The position numbers and the translations under genes were made by a program. A stretch of 64,000 bases of DNA from Dehalococcoidia bacterium (lineage in GTDB: Bacteria > Chloroflexota > Dehalococcoidia > Lucifugimonadales > UBA3495): NCBI GenBank assembly GCA_965263395.1, contig OZ253670.1, forward strand, positions 1,865,826 through 1,929,825. Reading direction: 5' to 3'. Positions 35,703 to 44,844 of this stretch are shown piece by piece. Numbering within the stretch: the first letter of the stretch is position 1; each line of letters opens with the position of its first letter. A model generated the notes under the pieces. It searched no databases, had not been told where the DNA came from, and worked only from the letters and a program-made list of their open reading frames with translations.

Positions 35703-36203
35703 ATGGGAATGAACCTTTACGGACTGAAGCCGGCCAGCAAGGCCGGAAAGAACTTCCGATCAAACATCTGGTACTGGGAGCCACTGGTAAAAGTCTGCCA
35801 GGCCATCGCTCCGGAGATCGCTGGCCGGTGCAACTGGGACCGGCCCGACGGACAGGGCCTTGGACAAACCGATGCCCAGGCCCTGTCAGACCGGTTGGAC
35901 CAGGCCTGGCAGTCCGGCCTGACCCCCCAGGTGGTCCGGAACAACGCCGAACAGGTCAGGAACAGCAGCACAAACGGGGAACTCACCTACTACTTCACCA
36001 GAGGAAGGATGAAGGCAGGACTGGACACCAGCCCCCAGGGGCCCCAGGGGACGGAGATACCCCCGGAACTCCGGGATAACATGGAGAGAGCCGGCTTCGA
36101 CGTAGACCAGCACATGAGCGAGATCCAGTTCTACTTCACCGACAGCATGCACCAGGAATTCATCAGCTTCCTGCGCCAGTCGGGCGGGTTCCAAATTTTC
36201 TGA
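35703..36203 (+). CDS. hypothetical protein
   Basis: 166-aa ORF. Confidence 0.55.
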   Translation: MGMNLYGLKPASKAGKNFRSNIWYWEPLVKVCQAIAPEIAGRCNWDRPDGQGLGQTDAQALSDRLDQAWQSGLTPQVVRNNAEQVRNSSTNGELTYYFTRGRMKAGLDTSPQGPQGTEIPPELRDNMERAGFDVDQHMSEIQFYFTDSMHQEFISFLRQSGGFQIF

Positions 36204-36298
36204 CCGAACCTTCTGACCGGACCTTCTGACGAAACCTGCCAAAACCGGCCCCGCCGCCAGGATGATAAGCTGGAACACCAGGGCGGCGAATCAACACC

Positions 36299-38563
36299 AT
36301 GCCAGGAGCATCAATGACCACCACCATCGCCAGACCCGCCCCCCAGACTTTGGCACAGTTCATCGAGATCTACCAGAACGCCATCACCAAAAAGGTCATC
36401 GAGACCTACCAGCCCCAGTACACCCCCCAGGAACGGGATGAACCCCTGCCCGAACTCCTCCGCCAACCCCTCGGCGCCCAGGAACACGCAATCCGGGCCA
36501 CCGCCCAGAGCCTCCGGACCAACCATGGCACCACCATCGTCGGGGAGATGGGAACCGGCAAGACCTACATCGCCATCGCCGCGGCACAGATGGCCAACTT
36601 CCGGAGACCCATCATAATCTGCCCCCCGCACCTCGTCCCCAAGTGGAAGCGGGAAGTCGAGATCACCCTGCCCGGAGTCCGCGCCCTCACGGTATCCAGC
36701 ATCACCCAGCTGGAAACCATCCGGAAGGCGGACCCCCGGCACCCCTTCTTCACCATCATCTCCCGGGAACAGGCCAAGCGGACCTACTTCTGGAAACCCG
36801 CGTTCCTGGAACGCCCCGTCCGGACACGGCGGGGGAACGGCATACGAGACGAAGAAGGCAACCTCCTATACCGGCTCGCCTGTCCAGAGTGCGGCGAGCA
36901 ACCCATGACCATCCAGAAGGACGAGGTCAAGATACTGACCCCGGAGGACCTGGAAGCAAAGCGGAGACGGTGCCAAGACTGCGGCGGAGCACTCTGGACC
37001 GCCGACCGGGAGCGCAACCGGAAGTACGCCCTCGCCGACTACATCACCCGCCGAATGAAGGGCTTCTTCGACCTCCTCATCTGCGATGAGGTCCATGAGT
37101 ACAAGGGGAAGAACACCGCCCAGGGGATCAGCGCCGGCAACCTGGCCACCACCTGCGGACAGTCCCTCGCCCTCACCGGAACCCTCATGGGCGGATATGC
37201 CTCAACCATCTTCCACCTCCTATACCGTTTCTCCCCCAACATCCGCGCCAAGTACGGCTACAACCAGGTCGGGAAGTGGATCGACGACTACGGATTCCGG
37301 GAACGGCGCACCAAGAACAGAAAGGACAAGGACCAGGAGGAACTGATCGCCGACGGACGGGCCAGCCGGAGCAGGCAGGCCAAGACCAGGATATCCGAGA
37401 TCCCCGGCATAGCGCCCGCCGCCCTCATGCATATCATAGGGAATACCCTGTTCCTCCGGCTCTCCGACGTAGCCGCCGGACTGCCGCCATACGACGAAGA
37501 GGTTATCACCGTCCCCATGGACCAGGAAATCGACCCCGACTTCGGCATCTCCCAGCACTCCGGCTACCAGAAGGTCCTCGAAGAGATGAAGAAGGCCATC
37601 GGCGCAACCATCCGCGAAGGCTCCAACCGCATGCTGGGCCAGTACCTCCAGAGCCTCACCGCCTACCCGGATGCCTGTATCAACGGCGAGACCGCCTACG
37701 ACCCGGAGACCGGTGAACTGATCGTCGCCGTGCCACCCCTCCAGGAAGACCGCCTCTACCCCAAGGAAAAGGCCCTCCAGGAGAGGGCCCTCCAGGAGGT
37801 CCAGCAGGGACGCCGGATAATCGTCTATGTCAGCCACACCGATACCCGCGACCTCACCCCCCGGATCCAGGAGGTGCTGGAAAGGGCCGGCATCAGGACC
37901 GCCGTGCTGAAGAGCACCAGCTCCAAGGCGGAGAACCGGGAACTCTGGGTCGAAAAGCAGCTCCAGAGAGGCGTACAAGCCCTCATCTGCAACCCGAAGC
38001 TGGTGCAGACCGGCCTGGACCTGGTGGAGTTCCCCACCATCATCTGGTACCAGCAGGACTACAGCACCTACACCATGCGCCAGGCATCCCGCCGCTCCTG
38101 GCGGATTGGCCAGCAGAACCCAGTCCACGTCGTATTCATGGCCTACCAGAACACCGTCCAGACCGAGGCCCTCCGGCTCATCGCCGGCAAGATGCAGAGC
38201 AGCCTCGCCATCGAGGGCGAGCTCCCCAAGGATGGACTGGCCGCCTACAGCAACAACGCCGACAGCATAGTGCTCACCCTGGCACGGCAGATAATCGAGG
38301 ACGGAGCGGATGACTGGCGCTCCATCGACCAGATCTTCCAGGAGACCAAGAAGGTCGAGGCCCACGACCAGCAGTTCCTGGGAGAGGTCCGCTGGGACGC
38401 CCCCCTGGCCGCCCAGAACCCCCCGCCGCCCAGGACCAGGACACCCCAGGAGATCATACGCCTGGAGGCCAGCCTGAGCGTCCAGCCCGCCCGGAAAGAA
38501 ACCCGGAAGCCCTCCCAGGAGGGAATGACCCTCTTCGACTGGGCCGCCGGCAACTCCCAGTAG
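36299..38563 (+). CDS. SNF2-family helicase with inserted zinc ribbon
   Basis: The motifs GEMGTGKTY, LICDEVHEYK, CPECG...CQDCG and MRQASRRSWRIGQ are present. An alternative start is ATG 36314. Confidence 0.85.
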   Translation: MPGASMTTTIARPAPQTLAQFIEIYQNAITKKVIETYQPQYTPQERDEPLPELLRQPLGAQEHAIRATAQSLRTNHGTTIVGEMGTGKTYIAIAAAQMANFRRPIIICPPHLVPKWKREVEITLPGVRALTVSSITQLETIRKADPRHPFFTIISREQAKRTYFWKPAFLERPVRTRRGNGIRDEEGNLLYRLACPECGEQPMTIQKDEVKILTPEDLEAKRRRCQDCGGALWTADRERNRKYALADYITRRMKGFFDLLICDEVHEYKGKNTAQGISAGNLATTCGQSLALTGTLMGGYASTIFHLLYRFSPNIRAKYGYNQVGKWIDDYGFRERRTKNRKDKDQEELIADGRASRSRQAKTRISEIPGIAPAALMHIIGNTLFLRLSDVAAGLPPYDEEVITVPMDQEIDPDFGISQHSGYQKVLEEMKKAIGATIREGSNRMLGQYLQSLTAYPDACINGETAYDPETGELIVAVPPLQEDRLYPKEKALQERALQEVQQGRRIIVYVSHTDTRDLTPRIQEVLERAGIRTAVLKSTSSKAENRELWVEKQLQRGVQALICNPKLVQTGLDLVEFPTIIWYQQDYSTYTMRQASRRSWRIGQQNPVHVVFMAYQNTVQTEALRLIAGKMQSSLAIEGELPKDGLAAYSNNADSIVLTLARQIIEDGADDWRSIDQIFQETKKVEAHDQQFLGEVRWDAPLAAQNPPPPRTRTPQEIIRLEASLSVQPARKETRKPSQEGMTLFDWAAGNSQ

Positions 38564-38613
38564 TACGGCGCCAAGCGGCAGAGAAATCCCAAAAGCCCAC
38601 CGGAGTTTCCAGA

Positions 38614-40068
38614 TTGAACCAGCAGAACCAGCGGCTCCTGGAAATCATACAGGAGGAGCTCCTGTCTCCACCGGAGGAACACCAGGATGAACGCGCCTCC
38701 TGGTCCAGAATCCCCAGGAGCCCCGGAGAGGATAACCCCAGCCAGCCCAGGCCCACCGGCATGTGGGAACTCCAGAACCAGACCGCCAGCCTCACCCGGA
38801 ACGAAGTCAGGGAAGCCTGCCGGGAACTCCGGCAACGCCTCTTCATCCTGAGTAAAGCCCAGACCCAGCTGCTCCAGGAAATCAACCCTCCCCACCTCCA
38901 GGATATCCTGTCCCTCTGGGGCCGGAGCAAGCCCCAGGACTTCAGCATCCGGCAACGCCTGGAAACCATTGGCCAGACCCTGCCCCATGACCGGGACTGG
39001 AGGAGGTGGTGGATCGACACCGCCCTCCAGCCCGGCTCCGGCATCCAGCAACCCCACCATGACAACCCGGTGGCCGAGCTCCTGGACCAGGTGATAAGAA
39101 CCATCGCCCAGCACGCTCTCCCCAACATGCCCAACTCATCCGACATCGCCTGGCACATCGCCGCCGGCGCGGTGCAGAACCCGATCTACGCCAAGTACTT
39201 CCAGCCCCAGACCGAACGGGTCCCCCTCTCCAGCATCATCATTACACAGAAGATGATGCACAGCCTGGCCGAAAGACTCCTGATCAGCCCCGGGCAGATC
39301 CCGGACACCGGCCAGACCCCGGAGCAGATCCAGGATGAGCTCGAAACAATCGGCATCGAAACCCTCCGGGACACCGGCACCCTCACCACCCTGGCCCAGC
39401 TCCGGGAGGACATCGGAACCAAGGGCCTGGACGCCATATCAATCAGCCCAGAGACCAGACTGTGGTGCCGGCAGAATATCCCCGGCAACGAGGCAATCGT
39501 CCCCTGGCGGCAACACCACGCCCCCACCGACGGCAAGATGCCGCCCAATGCCAGCACCGAGGGAATACCCGGCGCCGAGATCGAGCTCATCATCCTCACC
39601 GCTCCATCACGCCCCGACCTGAACCCCAGGGACAGCTGGACCACCAGCCAGAACGCCCGAATCGCCGGCTACCTGACCCATACCTACCCGGAACACGTCA
39701 CCCTCTACATGTCCGGCCAGGTCAACCAGACCAGGGGAGTCCCCCGGGAACAATGCCCCTTCGCCCAAAAGTGCCCCACCTACTGCGGCCAGGCCCAGAC
39801 CATGGGAGAGTTCCCCTTCCCAATGAACCAGGACGGCAAATACGAGAGCTGCCGATACTACCAGTTCCTGAAACAACACGGTGAAGCGCCCCCATCAGTC
39901 CGGGACGCCTTTGCCCAGCTCTCAATACAGACCACCGTGCGCGCCCTCGCCAAGCGCCAGAGAGAGGAGAAGCCGGAAAGGCTGACCCCCGGGAACAGGG
40001 GAGAGTGGCAGAACCCCGGGACCAGGCCGGCAGAACCCGCCCAAAATGGCGCCAAGACCATGCTCTAA
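38614..40068 (+). CDS. unknown-function protein, 4-Cys family, paralog A
   Basis: 484 aa (TTG start in the track; start uncertain). By eye it aligns along its length with 42621..44057. The C-terminal motif is CPFAQKCPTYC...FPFP..DGKYESCRYYQFL. Confidence 0.6.
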   Translation: MNQQNQRLLEIIQEELLSPPEEHQDERASWSRIPRSPGEDNPSQPRPTGMWELQNQTASLTRNEVREACRELRQRLFILSKAQTQLLQEINPPHLQDILSLWGRSKPQDFSIRQRLETIGQTLPHDRDWRRWWIDTALQPGSGIQQPHHDNPVAELLDQVIRTIAQHALPNMPNSSDIAWHIAAGAVQNPIYAKYFQPQTERVPLSSIIITQKMMHSLAERLLISPGQIPDTGQTPEQIQDELETIGIETLRDTGTLTTLAQLREDIGTKGLDAISISPETRLWCRQNIPGNEAIVPWRQHHAPTDGKMPPNASTEGIPGAEIELIILTAPSRPDLNPRDSWTTSQNARIAGYLTHTYPEHVTLYMSGQVNQTRGVPREQCPFAQKCPTYCGQAQTMGEFPFPMNQDGKYESCRYYQFLKQHGEAPPSVRDAFAQLSIQTTVRALAKRQREEKPERLTPGNRGEWQNPGTRPAEPAQNGAKTML

Positions 40069-40200
40069 AAATGGGGTACCCAATGAGAACCAAGACCGCC
40101 AGAGAGACGGTGATCCTCGTTGGCCTGGCCGGCCTGGGAACCGCGGCCATTGCCTGGCTCACCACCCACAGACGGGGGAACCCACAGACGGGAGACTTCA

Positions 40201-40590
40201 ATGACCGAGACAGCCAACCGGGTAATGGCAACACTGAGCGGACGGCGGACAGTAGGCGTACAGGCAGCATGTGGACACAGGGTATACGGCCAAGCCAATG
40301 ATGACCACACCGCCGAGCGGCCCCGGATCGCTGAGGTCAAACAACAGGCGAGATCCCTCCCCTGTGAGCGTTGCGCTCTGGAGCCGGTCCAGACCCCGGT
40401 GAGACCAGCCGGCCAGCCCACGGCCACTCCCCAGCAACTCAAGTATGCACGCTCTCTCATCCGCAAGCACCTTGGTGAGTACACCGCACACGGGCAGATA
40501 GCATCGGAGACGCTGCTGGTGGAGATCACAAAGCAGGATTGCAAGCGATTGATCGACCATCTGCTGACACTGGACAACCAGGGCCTTTAG
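40201..40590 (+). CDS. hypothetical protein
   Basis: ATG 40201 lies inside track ORF 40120..40590. Confidence 0.45.
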   Translation: MTETANRVMATLSGRRTVGVQAACGHRVYGQANDDHTAERPRIAEVKQQARSLPCERCALEPVQTPVRPAGQPTATPQQLKYARSLIRKHLGEYTAHGQIASETLLVEITKQDCKRLIDHLLTLDNQGL

Positions 40591-40749
40591 GAGCGCCTGG
40601 AATACCAAGCCATTGATCCCCTGACCCACACAGACGATGAAATCCTCACTCACAGTAGAGCCGCCCTCCCCGGGGCCCCGTGCGGCTCTACTCAGGAACG
40701 AGGAGCGGCGCATGGCGTCACGACCACGAACAGAGAGTAGGGAACAGTT

Positions 40750-41121
40750 ATGGGTGCAGGAATAACACTGGTCTGCGGGGGACGGGACTTCCATGACATG
40801 ACGACGCTCAGGATGGTGCTGGACGAGGTCAGTCCGGAAAAAATAGTCCACGGAGCCGCCAAGGGCGCCGACAGCATGGCAGGACGATATGCCCGGGAAC
40901 GGGGGATAACCTGCCGGGAGTTCCCGGTAACCTGGCGGAGGAACGGCGTATACAACCCCAGGGCCGCCTTCGACCGGAACCAGCAGATGCTCGACGAAGG
41001 CCAGCCGGACCTGGTCGTAGCCTTCCCGGGAGGAGGCGGCACCCGGGACATGGTCTCCAGGGCCAGGAAAGACGGTTTCACCGTCTGGACCGTCACGGAG
41101 TCGGGGAAGATCCTTCGCTGA
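40750..41121 (+). CDS. SLOG-superfamily DUF2493 protein
   Basis: The sequence reads LVCGGRDFHD...IVHGAAKGADSMAGRYA...AAFDRNQQML...VVAFPGGGGTRDMV. Confidence 0.7.
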   Translation: MGAGITLVCGGRDFHDMTTLRMVLDEVSPEKIVHGAAKGADSMAGRYARERGITCREFPVTWRRNGVYNPRAAFDRNQQMLDEGQPDLVVAFPGGGGTRDMVSRARKDGFTVWTVTESGKILR

Positions 41122-41139
41122 CCCCAGCCCCCCGGTTTA

Positions 41140-41170
41140 CGGCAGCCCAGGCCCACACCCTGGGCTGCCG
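41140..41170 (+). terminator. hairpin cggcagcccagg-cccacac-cctgggctgccg
   Basis: A 12-bp perfect stem lies 19 nt after the stop at 41121. Confidence 0.5.
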
Positions 41171-41566
41171 GCGCCCCCTCCTGCTCGTGAGCAAGGTGCG
41201 GGGCCGCCTTCCCAGATAACGGACGGAACCGCAAAATCCTGGCCGCCCAATATGAACGACCCCCCGGGAGGGAAGTGGTGAGCCCTCCCTGGGAACCCCC
41301 AGCTGAACCCACTGGCAGCCCCCCGGGGCCTCATGGCCCCGCCGGCTGGACTACGGTCCAGCACCCCACCAGGAGGCACAGCTATCAGGCAGCCCGCAGA
41401 ACTACGGACCAGAACCGGGAGGCGCCTCCTCCAGCCAACCGGTCAGCCGGAGCCAAGCGGGCTGCAAACCCCCCATCCCACTCGGAATCCCAGCCCAGAG
41501 TTGGACAACGCCAACATCCGCCAGGAATGTTAAAATCCCAAGGAGGAGCCACCAGAAGGAGGAGAA

Positions 41567-41770
41567 ATGGAAGCCCAGGACTACACCCACATTGAAATCG
41601 AGGGGGTCCTGACCCCCAACATGATCGCCTGCACCAGAACCCCGGTGCCGCTGGCCACCCACCTGCCCACCACCAAGACTCTGGATAACGCCACCTGCCC
41701 CCCATGCCGGATGGCCATGATCCACCGCGCCCGGCAGTTCATCGACGGCTCAAGACCCACCGCAGCCTGA
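41567..41770 (+). CDS. small hypothetical protein
   Basis: Two AAGGAGG motifs lie upstream. 67 aa. Confidence 0.45.
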   Translation: MEAQDYTHIEIEGVLTPNMIACTRTPVPLATHLPTTKTLDNATCPPCRMAMIHRARQFIDGSRPTAA

Positions 41771-41979
41771 CCCAAGCCGGGGACCAGTCACCCAGGTTCC
41801 CACCCCAAGCTGAACTGAACAACCACCCCGGGGCGCCCGCACGCCCCAGGGTCACCTCCCCCCAGGCATCAACGCCTGGGGGCCTTGATATGAAAGCCCC
41901 CCAGGCCCCTGACTCAGCAAGGGTTCGCGCTTTCCCACCCACCCCGTCCCAACTCAACCACCAGAGAAAGGAGTACAGG

Positions 41980-42624
41980 ATGATCCCCATAAAAACCAGC
42001 GAGAAACCACAGGCTGAACCCAGCACCCGGAGCATGAGCTCAGCGCCACCCCCGATTGTCCAGTGGCGGGACAACAGGAACATCCTGGAAATGGTGGGCG
42101 AGATACTGGGCCAGGACCTCAGCGAGGACCACCGCGCCCGGACCCTGGTAAACCTCACCACCCAGGACCACCGGGCATCCGACACCCTGAGAGCAGCGCT
42201 GGACCACGAGAAGACCCAGCTCGCCAAAAAGCTCATGGAAGCCATATCCCCGGAACGGTGGCGGGAAATCCGGCAGGAGATCAGAACCCAACAGCCACCC
42301 AGGAAACACCACGAGCCAAACATGGAGAGCATCCTCCACACCGCCCTGGACACAGCCGAAGCCGGGAACGGCCAGCCCCAAGGATGGGAACGGCTGGCCA
42401 TTGTGCGCTACGAAACCCCCGACCTGTTCATCGCCCTCCAGAACATCATCCGGAACCACCAGCCATCCCGGCAGCTGGCCTGGGAAATCGAGGCGGAGCT
42501 CGAGAGAATTGCCACCCGCATTGCGGATAAACTCAGGAAGCCCAACCCACCCCCAGCAATCCAGGACAACCAGGCCCTCTGGCCGCCCAATACCCTATGG
42601 TCCCGCTCATGGGAGAAGCAATGA
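41980..42624 (+). CDS. hypothetical protein
   Basis: AAAGGAG lies 7 nt upstream of ATG 41980. The track start at 41704 is probably too far upstream. Confidence 0.5.
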   Translation: MIPIKTSEKPQAEPSTRSMSSAPPPIVQWRDNRNILEMVGEILGQDLSEDHRARTLVNLTTQDHRASDTLRAALDHEKTQLAKKLMEAISPERWREIRQEIRTQQPPRKHHEPNMESILHTALDTAEAGNGQPQGWERLAIVRYETPDLFIALQNIIRNHQPSRQLAWEIEAELERIATRIADKLRKPNPPPAIQDNQALWPPNTLWSRSWEKQ

Positions 42625-44057
42625 CCCTCTGGAAAGACCAGACCCAAGGACCCGAATTCCTCATCCAACTGATCCGGGCCCATCTGGACCCCGGCCAGGA
42701 GCCGCCTCCAATGCCCCCCGGAAAACCGCCCCCACAGGGCACAATCCCACGGGAGATGGGGCAGCTGCGCCGCCAGATGGCCGACCGCCTGAGCGAGAGA
42801 ATTGCAGATAAATTCAATGAGACCATGTACTTCAGATTCACCATGACAGAGGCCCAGCTCCAAACCATCCAGACCCTGGACATACCGGAAGAACGGCTGC
42901 AGAACATCCAGTCCCTCAACTGCCTCCAGATGCTCCCCCAGAACCACGCCATCAACCGGCGCCTGGAAGTCATCGCGGCCATTCCACCCACCAGGAACGG
43001 AGAACCGGCAAACTGGAAGGACTGGTGGCTCCAGAACCGCGACCAGAGGATTGGGGTCGCCCGCCCCCAGGACCATGACCCCAACAGGGACCCCATCTCC
43101 GAAGAGCTGAACCAGGTCATCCAGACCATCACCGCAAAGGCACTCCAGGACCAGCCATCCAGGACCGAGATCGCCCAGGACATCCTGGAGAAAATACAGG
43201 AGAAGAAGGCCGGCCACCAGAGCATCATATCCCTCACCCAGGTCTGGGCCGCAATCCGGAAAATCCAAAAGCTCGCGGAAAGAATGGGGGCCGGCCCACG
43301 GCAGGTCAGAGCCCAGGACCCGGAATCCGCAGAACAGCTCCTAAAAGAACTCCGGGAAGCCGGGTTCACAGTCCTGCCCGACATGGGCTCCATCGGGACA
43401 CCATGGGAGATACGTGACGCCCTCCTGGCCGCCGGCCATTCCGCCTCCACCTGGGATATAACCACATCCTGCACCGGACGCCGCTGGTACTGGAGCGAAG
43501 CCCAGGACAGCAACCAGATCGACCCAATGCACGCCACCAGCGGGGACGGGAAGAAGGTCAGGGAACCAGGGGTCAGGGAACCAGGGGAGGGGATCTCATC
43601 CCAGGAGCGGGCGCTCCTGGCCCGGACCGCACCGGAACACCCCGGGATCCTGGGCGACATCGGCGCCAGCCCCAACCCCAGTGCCGCAACCATCGCCTTC
43701 CTGAACCGGATGACCCCCCAGGACGTGGTGGCGATAATCGACCAGGGCTCAACCGCCCCCCAATCAACCCCGCCCCGGTGCCCCCGGACCCAGGAGTGCA
43801 ACTCCTGGTGCGCCCACCTCCAGGAAACCGGCATCCTCCCATTTCCCCTCACCCATGACGGCATATACCGGAACTGCCAGTACTGGCAGTTCCTGGAACG
43901 CTTCGGCAACATCGAGCCAGCCGCCCGGGGGCCCCACGCCCAGCAGGCCTGCGAGCAGGCCGCAAAGACCGCCGTCAGGGAATACCGCCAGGAAAACCGG
44001 GCTGCCCAGGCGGAACCGCCCCCCAAACCCCAGTCCAACCAGGCAAAACTCTTCTGA
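42621..44057 (+). CDS. unknown-function protein, 4-Cys family, paralog B
   Basis: ATGA overlap at 42621. The C-terminal motif is CPRTQECNSWC...LPFP..DGIYRNCQYWQFL. Confidence 0.6.
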   Translation: MTLWKDQTQGPEFLIQLIRAHLDPGQEPPPMPPGKPPPQGTIPREMGQLRRQMADRLSERIADKFNETMYFRFTMTEAQLQTIQTLDIPEERLQNIQSLNCLQMLPQNHAINRRLEVIAAIPPTRNGEPANWKDWWLQNRDQRIGVARPQDHDPNRDPISEELNQVIQTITAKALQDQPSRTEIAQDILEKIQEKKAGHQSIISLTQVWAAIRKIQKLAERMGAGPRQVRAQDPESAEQLLKELREAGFTVLPDMGSIGTPWEIRDALLAAGHSASTWDITTSCTGRRWYWSEAQDSNQIDPMHATSGDGKKVREPGVREPGEGISSQERALLARTAPEHPGILGDIGASPNPSAATIAFLNRMTPQDVVAIIDQGSTAPQSTPPRCPRTQECNSWCAHLQETGILPFPLTHDGIYRNCQYWQFLERFGNIEPAARGPHAQQACEQAAKTAVREYRQENRAAQAEPPPKPQSNQAKLF

Positions 44058-44074
44058 ATAAGGACCGCACCAAA

Positions 44075-44788
44075 ATGAACAGCACCAAAATGAACGCAAA
44101 CCAACAGCGCCTCGCGGAATGCATCCTCGCCATCCTGGAGAGCGAGGCATACGAAACCGTCGTGGCCGGCGACCAGACCCTGACCCCCCAGGACCTCCGG
44201 GAACTGGCCCCAAGAGCCGCCCAGGCACTGATCGAAGAGAGACTGCCACAGCAGACCATCACCAGCATGAGCGGCCACCAATACACCCAGACCCACCTGG
44301 CCCTGGAGGACCTGGCCCTCCAGATCGCCAACCGGATGGACCAAGAGGAAAAACAGGAACTCCTGGACCGGATGACCGGGAACGTCAAGCACGAGATGCT
44401 GAGCAAAATCCTGGTCCTGAGCAGGTGGCTCAACGAGGAAGACCTCATGCAACTGGTATGCGAGATCATGGAGGAAAACCGGAGCGAGGACCCCCTGATC
44501 GCCGAACAGGTCAGCAAGACCCTCCGGGAACACCAGCCATCCGATACCCTCATGCTCCTGATCGAGCGGGAGAAAGACCGGTTTGCAGAGAACACCAGCG
44601 TAGACCTGAATAACCTGGAAGACTACCTGAAATTCTATGACGACTCAGAGCAGTTGGCCCAGGAAGCAGACGCCGAGATGAAACTGATGGCACTGGGCGT
44701 CGTGGAGTCAGCCCTAGGCACGGAAAGGCGGGACCAGGCAGAGTCAACCCTCCTCGTGCTCCGGGGCTTCATGCCGCTGGAGGAATAA
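44075..44788 (+). CDS. hypothetical acidic protein
   Basis: 237 aa. A 15-nt tandem duplication at 44067-44096 duplicates the start codon (MNSTKMNANQ). Confidence 0.55.
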   Translation: MNSTKMNANQQRLAECILAILESEAYETVVAGDQTLTPQDLRELAPRAAQALIEERLPQQTITSMSGHQYTQTHLALEDLALQIANRMDQEEKQELLDRMTGNVKHEMLSKILVLSRWLNEEDLMQLVCEIMEENRSEDPLIAEQVSKTLREHQPSDTLMLLIEREKDRFAENTSVDLNNLEDYLKFYDDSEQLAQEADAEMKLMALGVVESALGTERRDQAESTLLVLRGFMPLEE

Positions 44789-44844
44789 CCCGCTGGAGGG
44801 ACAGCAAATCCCAAACCACAGCAACCTCGACAGGAGCAAAAACA

